Translations under genes and position numbers: made by a program
From: Macrostomum lignano
Taxonomy: Eukaryota
NCBI GenBank assembly: GCA_002269645.1
Contig: NIVC01000177.1
Coordinates: 128,887-192,886 of the forward strand
DNA length: 64,000 bases
Direction: 5' to 3'
Notes under the pieces: model-generated
Told to the model about the DNA's origin: nothing
What the model saw: only the letters and a program-made list of their open reading frames with translations
The model's database searches: none
Shown here: in pieces, positions 1-10,655 of the stretch
Position numbering within the stretch: position 1 is the stretch's first letter
Layout of the letters: the number at the start of each line of letters is the position of its first letter

Positions 1-988
1 GGTCCTACTCCCCCCACTGGTAGCGCACATGGCTTGTGCACACGCCGCGCTGGACTTGATCATCAGCTGATACAGTCACGCCCGCCCTCTTAGCCCCCCT
101 AACCCCCCTGTCTCTCTTAGTCTTTATAGCAAGCACATGGAGCGCTTTAATCTTTCTCACATATATGCCCCTCCCCACCCTCCAGTTGGTTTGTCTCGCT
201 GCGCACATAGTTGATCTAGAAACCGCTGCCTGCCCGCCTGTTTGCCTTCACTCACTGCCACCCCCTTGCGTCTCCCCGCATTGCCTAAGATTTTTAACAC
301 GGCTTTCTCTTTCTTTCACCAAGCCCTTTAGCCCATGTAAACCCAATGGTAATTTGTCAGGGTGTAGAATTGTAGAACTAACCTGACTAACATCAGCTAA
401 AAGGACGGGCTTTAATAATGCATTCTTATTACTCTGAGGTGCTTGCTGGGCTGGCTGCTCAGCCTTGATGCCCAGCTAGCTATTTAACAGCCATTGTACA
501 GTGCAGTTGCAACACTTGTGCACGCGGGCTCATGGGCCCGTTGGGCCTGTACTCAGAGAGTCTGTCTGTTCACACAGAAGTGTTCACAGCTAGCTTACTG
601 GAAATGCCAAAAAAGCTGAGCAATGAAGAGTAGCCAGAGACTGTGACTGTGAGAGAGAAAAGCAAGGGAAACAGACAGGATTATTACAGGAAACAATCTT
701 AGTGAAGCGTAAGAAGCAATTCCAAATCCTTATGTCCGACTGTAAGCAAGGCTTACTAGCAGCAGTGATCGCAAGAATGTAGAACTGATGCCACCCCTTG
801 CTTGTAGCAGTTTTTGTTTTCAGCCAGCCACCAATCCAACCCACCGCTGTGTTGTACTTGTTGCTAATTCAGATTCGAATACTATCAATAGATGCTGCTG
901 TTTCCGATCGAATGAATGCAGCAAATGCTTTCTGCAATTTTCTAAGACATTCAGGCTTTTTGTTGTGACACTGGCTTTTCCGTGACAG

Positions 989-2066
989 CAAGTGACCCAC
1001 TGTCTAGCCGGTGACCCACTGTCTACCCGGTGACCCACTGTCTAGCCAGTGACCCACTGTCTACCTGGTGACCCACTGTCTAGCCGGTGACCCACTGTCT
1101 ACCCGGTGACTCACTGTCTACCTGGTGACCCACTGTCTATAGCCAGTGACCCACTGTCTACCTGGTGACCCACTGTCTATAGCCAGTGACCCACTGTCTA
1201 GCCGGTGACCCACTGTCTAGCCGGTGAACCACTGTCTAGCCGGTGACCCACTGTCTAGCCGGTGACCCACTGTCTACCTAGTGACCCACTGTCTACCCGG
1301 TGACCCACTGTCTAGCCGGTGACCCACTGTCTAGCCGGTGACCCACTGTCTAGCCGGTGACCCCCTGTCTAGCCGGTGACCCTCTGTCTAGCCGGTGACC
1401 CACTGTCTAGCCGGTGACCCCCTGTCTAGCCGGTGACCCTCTGTCTAGCCGGTGACCCACTGTCTAGCCGGTGACCCACTGTCTAGCCGGTACCCAGTGA
1501 CCCACTGTCTAGCCGGTGACCCACTGTCTAGCCGGTGACCCACTGTCTACCTGGTGATCCACTGTCTACCCGGTGACCCACTGTCTAGCCGGTGACCCAC
1601 TGTCTAGCCGGTGCCCGGTGACCCACTGTCTAGCCGGTGACCCACTGTCTAGCCGGTACCCAGTGACCCACTGTCTAGCCGGTGACCCACTGTCTAGCCG
1701 GTGTCTAGCCGGTGACCCCCTGTCTAGCCGGTGTCTAGCCGGTGACCCCCTGTCTAGCCGGTGTCTAGCCGGTGACCCCCTGTCTAGCCGGTGTCTAGCC
1801 GGTGACCCCCTGTCTAGCCGGTGTCTAGCCGGTGACCCCCTGTCTAGCCGGTGTCTAGCCGGTGACCCCCTGTCTAGCCGGTGTCTAGCCGGTGACCCCC
1901 TGTCTAGCCGGTGTCTAGCCGGTGACCCCCTGTCTAGCCGGTGTCTAGCTGGTGACCCCCTGTCTAGCCGGTGTCTAGCCGGTGACCCCCTGTCTAGCCG
2001 GTGTCTAGCCGGTGACCCCCTGTCTAGCCGGTGTCTAGCCGGTGACCCACTGTCTAGCCGGTGACC
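989..2066. repeat. Minisatellite, 19-bp unit GGTGACCCACTGTCTAGCC, switching to a 30-bp derived unit (19+11) from ~1693
   Basis: Head-to-tail copies read directly; the 30-bp unit GTCTAGCCGGTGACCCCCTGTCTAGCCGGT is near-perfect over ~1693-2062. Confidence 0.97.
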
Positions 2067-2891
2067 CACTCTCTTGGCAGACGATCGGTAAACGTGTGTA
2101 CAGTCACAATGTACGCCAGCAATTTTTAGTCGAACTTTTTATTACATTAACCCTATGAGCAGGATTATAGCAGGAATACCGCTAGCCAAAGCCTCCCAGC
2201 GAAAGCAAAAATTACAACCAAAACCACTTCCAGGTCTCCCCCCAACCCCCCTACCCTATCTCTGTCGAGTACGAACCGGGACTGCATCTGCTGTCTGAGT
2301 TTCGAGACTAGGAGCAAGAGCTCGTGAGCAGTGGGGGCATAGTCCGCATACGTATCGGAGAGAGCTTGAAGCGAATCTTTTCAGAGAGAAAGAGAGAGAG
2401 AAATACGCAGAAATCGATCAACGCGCATTGCATACTTTGCGAGCCCATAGGCCCGCTTCACTCCTTCCTCTTGTGATCCCCTCTCCTCACAAGCTAATAT
2501 CCCTCTCTCCCTCTACTAAGTCCCACTCCCTGCTGTCTGACTCAGATATGAAAGATCTTGGTCGGGAGATGATTTTTTCAACTTACTCTCTCCCCTCACA
2601 ATACAATCTGTACCGTCTAGAGTCCTTGGCTTGCCCTAGGCATAATATAGTATAATCTATTTCACACAATTCGTTTTGAGCACAGAAAAAACAACCCCGA
2701 GTGTCTAACACTCTAAGACTCTAAGCTTGGATCCCAGTTGGTAGGAATTTTTAAGATTGCAAATCTGAGTCACCTTCTCACCCACTCATCTTGTGTGCAC
2801 GCGAGAGTGACGTGATTGACTGTTGAAAATAATCCACGAAATATTAGCTAAAAGTATTAATGTATTAAAATATTAGCAAGTTTCCAGCGTG

Positions 2892-4330
2892 CCACTGCAC
2901 GTCTAGACCCACTGCACGTCTAGACCCACTGCACGTCTAGACCCACTGCACGTCTAGACCCACTGCACGTCTAGACCCACTGCACGTCTAGACCCACTGC
3001 ACGTCTAGACCCACTGCACGTCTAGACCCACTGCACGTCTAGACCCACTGCACGTCTAGACCCACTGCACGTCTAGACCCACTGCACGTCTAGACCCACT
3101 GCACGTCTAGACCCACTGCACGTCTAGACCCACTGCACGTCTAGACCCACTGCACGTCTAGACCCACTGCACGTCTAGACCCACTGCACGTCTAGACCCA
3201 CTGCACGTCTAGACCCACTGCACGTCTAGACCCACTGCACGTCTAGACCCACTGCACGTCTAGACCCACTGCACGTCTAGACCCACTGCACGTCTAGACC
3301 CACTGCACGTCTAGACCCACTGCACGTCTAGACCCACTGCACGTCTAGACCCACTGCACGTCTAGACCCACTGCACGTCTAGACCCACTGCACGTCTAGA
3401 CCCACTGCACGTCTAGACCCACTGCACGTCTAGACCCACTGCACGTCTAGACCCACTGCACGTCTAGACCCACTGCACGTCTAGACCCACTGCACGTCTA
3501 GACCCACTGCACGTCTAGACCCACTGCACGTCTAGACCCACTGCACGTCTAGACCCACTGCACGTCTAGACCCACTGCACGTCTAGACCCACTGCACGTC
3601 TAGACCCACTGCACGTCTAGACCCACTGCACGTCTAGACCCACTGCACGTCTAGACCCACTGCACGTCTAGACCCACTGCACGTCTAGACCCACTGCACG
3701 TCTAGACCCACTGCACGTCTAGACCCACTGCACGTCTAGACCCACTGCACGTCTAGACCCACTGCACGTCTAGACCCACTGCACGTCTAGACCCACTGCA
3801 CGTCTAGACCCACTGCACGTCTAGACCCACTGCACGTCTAGACCCACTGCACGTCTAGACCCACTGCACGTCTAGACCCACTGCACGTCTAGACCCACTG
3901 CACGTCTAGACCCACTGCACGTCTAGACCCACTGCACGTCTAGACCCACTGCACGTCTAGACCCACTGCACGTCTAGACCCACTGCACGTCTAGACCCAC
4001 TGCACGTCTAGACCCACTGCACGTCTAGACCCACTGCACGTCTAGACCCACTGCACGTCTAGACCCACTGCACGTCTAGACCCACTGCACGTCTAGACCC
4101 ACTGCACGTCTAGACCCACTGCACGTCTAGACCCACTGCACGTCTAGACCCACTGCACGTCTAGACCCACTGCACGTCTAGACCCACTGCACGTCTAGAC
4201 CCACTGCACGTCTAGACCCACTGCACGTCTAGACCCACTGCACGTCTAGACCCACTGCACGTCTAGACCCACTGCACGTCTAGACCCACTGCACGTCTAG
4301 ACCCACTGCACGTCTAGACCCACTGCACAT
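2892..4330. repeat. Homogeneous 17-bp satellite ACCCACTGCACGTCTAG, ~84 copies
   Basis: Lines 2941 and 3961 are identical (1020 = 60x17); no variant seen inside the array. Confidence 0.98.
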
Positions 4331-5109
4331 CTCTACCCCTGGGACCCCACTGCACAACTATTTAATAACTGCTTCGTGTTTATGCAATTCAATCACTAGT
4401 CGGTCACCAGAAGAAAAACAGAAAAAAGTACAAACTGACAGGTACAAGGCTGACCGACCGACACGAAGGCAAATAGACACTCTTGCAGACGATCGTATAT
4501 AGCACATTGAAAAGTTTACTGTTTTTTTCAGCTTGTGGAAAGGTACAGTCTTGTGCTTTGTTAGTACAGACTTTCTCTTTACGTACTTACTATTACATAT
4601 ACATGCAGCCATCATTATGCACTTGCTTCTCATTAAGTCAAAACTGACTCATTGTAATTTGTAAGCCTTTCATGTATTTTGAGTCACTCACTGATTTAGA
4701 CCGTGCAATAATCTAATGAGTGTAGTTACAAAATTACTTTATTTGTTAGATATGCTACTGTTTGAAGTTTAAGTAGTATTTGTCGCACAGTTTTAGACGC
4801 TTCTCTCGTAACCAACATTTGACTGGTTTGGTCGATTCTGAAATTCAGAATCTTTCCTCTTAGGATAGAAAGCTCAAGGCGCGTACATGTACGAGTATCA
4901 ATAGCCGTACACACACATGCATTCTAGTGAGATCAAAAGTTTGGATAGCAGGACGAGGCATTTTAGTATAGCTTTACGATGCTCTACAGAGATACGATAT
5001 GTAATGAATGAGCCTAGCTTAATGCATGTCTATAATTACTCTCGAAATAGACTCAGATCGACGGCAAAAATGCTGTCTTCCATCTTCCTTACCCAGATAC
5101 TTGGGACCA

Positions 5110-5165
5110 CCGAGCACGCACTCGGCGGTCGGGCACATGCACGTGATCCGCTGAGCATGCGCCGA
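5110..5165. promoter_or_regulatory. CpG-rich putative promoter: E-box CACGTG (5140-5145) and NRF1-like GCATGCGC (~5155)
   Basis: Motifs lie ~250 bp upstream of the JmjC ATG; short motifs, function inferred. Confidence 0.3.
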
Positions 5166-5392
5166 AAGTGCGCATTGTGTTGCGCTTTGACTCAGTGGAA
5201 GCATGTCTTGCTCAGTACAAGACAATAGACACGACTCGAGCAAGCACAATGGCAGAAATGTACAACAGAGACAGTGGCGCAGACAGAGACTCTGGTAGCA
5301 TGCAAATTGATAGTTGAGTGAGAAGAGAGAAAGATAAAAGCTGGCCCAGCTAGGACTCAGCTCGGGCAAGAACAAGCGCGCATCAGACAGCC

Positions 5393-6627
5393 ATGCAGAT
5401 GAAGCCCGAAGCTCGGCAAGCCGCCCAGGCCGCCTTTCTATCGGAGGCGCTCGCTCTCCAGCCAGCCGACCGAGCCCGTCTCCTGTCCGAGTTGGACAGC
5501 CGAAGCTGCCGCGGCCGCCGTCCATTGCTGGCAAACTTCTGGACGATCCTGACGGTGATCGTAGTTGCACTGTACGCGGCCGCCATCGGCTTGGGCCACC
5601 TGCGGCCAGGTGGAACGTGTCTAATCTTCGCGGGAGAGTTCCTGTCTGACGCCGCTCGCTACCCGGCCAACTGCGACCGGGTCTGCGCCGGCCTGACCGC
5701 CGTGCCAGTGGAGCCAGCCAATATCAGCCGGGCTCGATTCCGGGAGCTCTACGCTTACACCGGTCGGCCGGTGCTGGTGAAAGGCGCCGCCAGCGACTGG
5801 CCAGCCAAGCAGAACTGGAACCTGACATTCTTCCGGGACCTGTACGACCGCTACCCCGACTCCTACCGGACCCAGAAGCGCCGGGCCCGCTACCTGCCAT
5901 TCAGAATCGAGCTGCAGACGTTCTACGAGGCGCTGCACATGTCCGAGGAGCGACAGCAGCAGCCGTACTATTTCGGCTGGAGCAATTTGGACAACAATGT
6001 GCACAACGAGTTGATGAAGTACTACACCTGGCCGCAGTACCTGCCGTTAGGTGTGCAGGGCTCCGTGCTCGATTGGTTCTTCATTGGGGCGGCCGAGTTC
6101 GGGGCTCCGGTGCATGTGAGTTAGCGCTAAAACTGTTGACTTGCATCGGAACATTTTCAAACCAATAAACACGAAATGTTGACTTTTTAAAAGCAGCAAC
6201 CATTGCACTATATCTCTATTTAATCAAACGCAGCTCGATCACATTCTGCGACCCAGTTGGCAGGCCCTGATCAAGGGTCGCAAGACTTGGGAGATTCAAC
6301 CGCCTAGCGAGTGTTCCAGCGTCTGCCAGACCCTCCGAGTTCAGATGGAGCCCGGGGACATATGTAAGCCAGGCCCGAGAGCATTGATGAATGATATAAG
6401 AATTTTATAGAAGTTTTGTTCGTGAAATCTTGGATAAAACATGCATGAAACACGTGTCAAACCATGCATAGCTGCATAATTGCGTCATATAATTTCTAAC
6501 CTTTCCAAGCTAGCTAAATAAAAACTAACTAATCATTCCAGTCAACGTGGACACGAACCAGTGGTATCACGCTACCTTCAACGAGCCGGGTGTGTTCAGT
6601 CTCACTATTGGAGCCGAGTACGACTGA
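5393..6627 (+). CDS. Membrane-anchored JmjC/cupin-like 2-oxoglutarate oxygenase, 312 aa, 3 exons
   Basis: Exons 5393-6115, 6234-6363, 6542-6627 with GT-AG and matching phases. Hydrophobic helix FWTILTVIVVALYAAAIGL; RPVLVKGAASDW; HxD motif (PVH|LD) spans intron 1; PSWQALIKGRKTW; distal His in WYHAT; ends LTIGAEYD*. Confidence 0.9.
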
Positions 6628-6936
6628 GTTAAACGCAAATTTTAAACAAACTGCATGACCATCAAAACAGACTTTTAGACTTTTAACCAACACTTGGTTT
6701 GATACTGAAGCCGGCGTTGACTTCTTACAAGCATACTTAATCAGTGCTATTAAGTGAATTTAAAAAAATAATGCACAATATGTTTAATACAATTGCTCTC
6801 TAATAAACTACCATTCATCGAAATTGTGACTTACAACGTGTTGGTGTTGATGCGTTTGAATTTAGTCAAAAACAGCATATCACTGACATCAGTTTCTTCA
6901 TTCAATGCTTCTAAATTATTCATTACTCAAACAATA

Positions 6937-7070
6937 CATTCTTCAGTGAGCCTCATTAAAACTTCATTCTTCAGTGAGCCTCATTAGAGCTTCACTCTTC
7001 AGTGAGCCTCATTAGAACTTCATTCTTCAGTGAGCCACTGGTTCCTTATTCGGTGAGGCTCATTAAAACA
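6937..7070. repeat. Short ~28-bp tandem repeat CATTCTTCAGTGAGCCTCATTA, 4-5 degenerate copies
   Basis: Read directly. Confidence 0.85.
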
Positions 7071-7567
7071 CTATTTTTAATTAGATACCCCTTCATTATT
7101 CAGTGAATGATCTGTTTTATTAAAGGTTCTATCGTGGGAAAAGAACAAAATAAGCGAACAAAACTGATTTGATTGCGCATTTCCGCTACAACAATTGATG
7201 TAGGGTAAAAGGGAAACAAAACAAAACGACTTTTATCTGTTCTAGGCACAATTATATAATATAGTAATTACCAATTTTTATTGAAACAAGCGACAACACA
7301 ATACTCGACAAGACAAATAACAATCTATTTAGCGCGATATTCTCTACACAAAAGTAAACTGAGTCAAAGGGTGGAGCCCGCACAACAAGGTGCGTCGCAA
7401 AACAAATGTTAAGAAGCAAAAAAGCAAAGACAAAAATAGGATTAAGTGTATATAACTTGGTGTATATGTGTAGCAAAGCATACCCGGAGGAAAAAGATAA
7501 CAGTACTTTGCGTACTTTAATTTGACTGAACTAGGGTGGAAGTTGATTTCACTTCTACGGGTAGCGA

Positions 7568-7840
7568 TTGGTGTTATCAGGGCTGGGCGTGGCCGTATGT
7601 ACATTGGGGTAGGAGTTGATGTTTTCAGGGCTGGGCGTGGCCGTATGTACATTGGGGTAGGAATTGATGTTATCAGGGCTGGGCGTGGCCGTGTGTACAT
7701 TGGGGTAGGAATTGATGTTATCGGGGCTGGGCGTGGCCGTGTGTACATTTGGGTAGGAATTGATGTTATCGGGGCTGGGCGTGGCCGTGTGTACATTGGG
7801 GTAGGAATTGATGTTATCGGGGCTGGGCGTGGCCGTGTTT
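7568..7840. repeat. 48-bp minisatellite, ~6 copies
   Basis: AGGGCTGGGCGTGGCCGT recurs at 7579, 7627 and onward; this explains the spurious 16-aa repeat ORFs. Confidence 0.95.
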
Positions 7841-8507
7841 ACAGTACCGTATTAAACAGCCAAGGCATTTCAAGCAGCCAATAACCTAGCCGCAAAACCA
7901 AACAAAACTTTCCATCCGGATATGAATACACTCGTATATGAGCGTAATAAAGAAATAATCACAACTCGTAAACTCGCTTATGTTTTAACACAGACACAAG
8001 GAAGCAGAGAATAATTGACGAACAGAGATTGATAAATAGGAGAGACGATCTCCTGTGCAATAGACTTCATACACATGTAAATGAATGAATCGGCAGCAAG
8101 GGCTGTGCAACCATAACACCAACGCGCCCTGTGACCAGAAAGAAAATGAATGGTAGCCAAATAAAAATACTAACGATATCATAGAAAGAATATGCCACTG
8201 AAGTCGGAATATGAACTGGACTGTGCATTGCTTTGTTTTGGAATAGATAACAAAACATTTGGAAGTTTCACATTATAAGCAAGCAAGTAGACAATAATTA
8301 CAATATTCATTACTCAATTATCAATGATAAATTGTTTACTGCAAATTTCAGGTACTCGTTTGTAGTATAATCAATAATGCTAACACGAATGTCCTACGAG
8401 TAAAATAAGCCATTTCTATGCAGACGCTTACTGGAAAAGGGGGACTGTGTCTAGCAGCTGATTTCAAGCTCAATTACTGCCTGGGTCAGACAGGGACCCA
8501 GGCTGAG

Positions 8508-8700
8508 TTATCGATTTTCTGACACGACAGCCACCTCCCCCAAAGGTCTATCGATTTTCTGACTGGCTAAAGGATAGCCATCTCCCCCGGAGGTTTATCG
8601 ATTTTCTGACTGACTACACGACAGCCACCTCCCCCAGAGGTTTATCGATTTTCTGACTGACTACACGACAGCCACCTACCCCAGAGGTTAATCGATTTTC
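8508..8700. repeat. ~45-bp degenerate tandem repeat (TTATCGATTTTCTGAC...ACGACAGCCACCTCCCC), ~4-5 copies
   Basis: Read directly. Confidence 0.85.
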
Positions 8701-8972
8701 TAGAATACAGCCTACATTGAAGAATAAGATATGATTGCTCGATATCCAAAATAAAACGCTGACAACCAAGACGTTTGGAATAATCGCGCACTATGTAAAG
8801 GCGAGATACATGCATCCGGGAGCGCATACGTACACAACACGCAACTGATTAGCTAGTAAAGTTTGATTGATAACACAGATAAAGGATCGATCAGTTAAAA
8901 GACAGCCGACAGAGACGGCTAGGGACAACAGATCTAATTTTAAATAAAAATAAATCCGCCAGAGTGGGGAGT

Positions 8973-10623
8973 TTACGCAGCCTCCTGGTGCAGCTCGGGA
9001 AACAGTCTGAGTAGAAGAGGGTCGACCAGAGTAAACAGCAGCTGCTTGTTGACCCTAGGATACTGCAGCAGGTCGTGCAGACGGCTCAACGTCGCCTCGG
9101 CAGAGTCCGCGCCAAGCGCTTGCGACACGTCTGAGTAAGGGTAAAAAGCAAGTAGTAAAAGTTTTCATAAAATTGTTGTGATACATCAAAGTCACGATTT
9201 GAATTTTGACATCCCCTATTCTGTTAATTGAAATCCTCATTCTGCCAATTGAAATCCCACTATGCTCATCAATATCCTCATTCGGAGGATTACCAAATCA
9301 ATCTTATGACCCTTAACGCTTCAAGTTTCAGAGCCACAATTTTCATGCGCGCAACAAATAAAGAACTGAGAGGACAACCACAATAAGGAGACTCACACAC
9401 GCTGGAGCAGGCAGTTTTCAGGGCTGCCAAAGCGTCGGCTCGTCGTTTCTGTTTGTCGCCGTCGCCGGGAGCGACGCGACGCTCCGGGAAGAAGATTAAA
9501 TCTAGGGTGGCGCGCATTGGCAGTTTGAAATTCGATAAGCTACTACTTTAAACTACTATAATACTAGTATGAGTAGTCAAGCAGCAATACGAGCTCGGGC
9601 TCACCCCTGAAGAGTTGCACAATGGGCACAGCCCTGTAGTCGCGAGTGAGTTCCAGCACCTTGGCGTTGATGAAATTGCGAATCAGTCGGTCAATCAGAG
9701 GACGCGCCAGCGGCCGGAGGCCCACAAGCAGGTGGCAGAGCCAGCGCCTCCACCAGGGGGTGTCTTCGCTGCCGCCGCCGACGCTTGCAAAGACGACTCG
9801 CTCCAGCAGGAACAGGGCCAAGTCGTAGATGCCGAACACGCGGGGCACGGACACCGGGCAGGGGGCGGTCAGGCTGGGCGACTGGTCGGGTGATAACGCC
9901 GCGTTGTTCCAGAATAGGTAATTGTGCAGCTGCAGCCGGATGGCGGTTTAGAGAGCGATTTTTAGTGTGGGGTTGGAGGTGATTTTTATTGTGGTTGGAG
10001 GCGATTTTTATTGTGGGGTTGAAGGCAATTTTTTTGTGGTTGGAGGCGATTTTTATTGTGGGGTTGGAGGCGATTTTTATTGTGAGGGGGAAGTGGAGGC
10101 TATTTTTATTGGGGGGTTGGAGGCGATTTTTATTGTGATTTTGAAGGCAATTTTTTTGTGGTTGGAGGCGATTTTTATTGTGGGGTTGAAGGCAATTTTT
10201 TGTGGTTGGAGGCGATTTTTATTGTGGGGTTGAAGGCAATTTTTTTGTGGTTGGAGGCGATTTTTATTGTGGGGGGTTGGAGGCGATTTTTATTGAGGGT
10301 CAGGGGTCGATTTTTTAGAGGATTGGAGGCGATTTTTATTAGGAGTTGGAAGCGATTTTTTGGAGGTTGGAGGCGATTTTTATTGTGGTGTTGGAGTTTA
10401 CTTTATTCGAGGGAGGTTTGGAGGTAACTTTTACTGGGTGTTAGGGCGATTTTTAATAGGTTTGGAAGCGATTTTCATTAGGATTATTGAGAAAGTTTCG
10501 ATTCGGGTTTTCATGGCGGGTTTTGACATCGCATACGGGTAGTACGAGAATAACAATCTGAGGTCAAATTGCAAACAAACAAGTTAACTGAGCAACTAAC
10601 CCGACTCTGCTTGAGCGATTCGA

Positions 10624-10655
<32 letters not shown>

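Noticed and set aside
1-985. Short ORFs at the window start
   Set aside because: No recognisable domains or convincing splice chain.
2540-2590. DMKDLG resembling a copia reverse-transcriptase motif
   Set aside because: No other RT, integrase or LTR features nearby.
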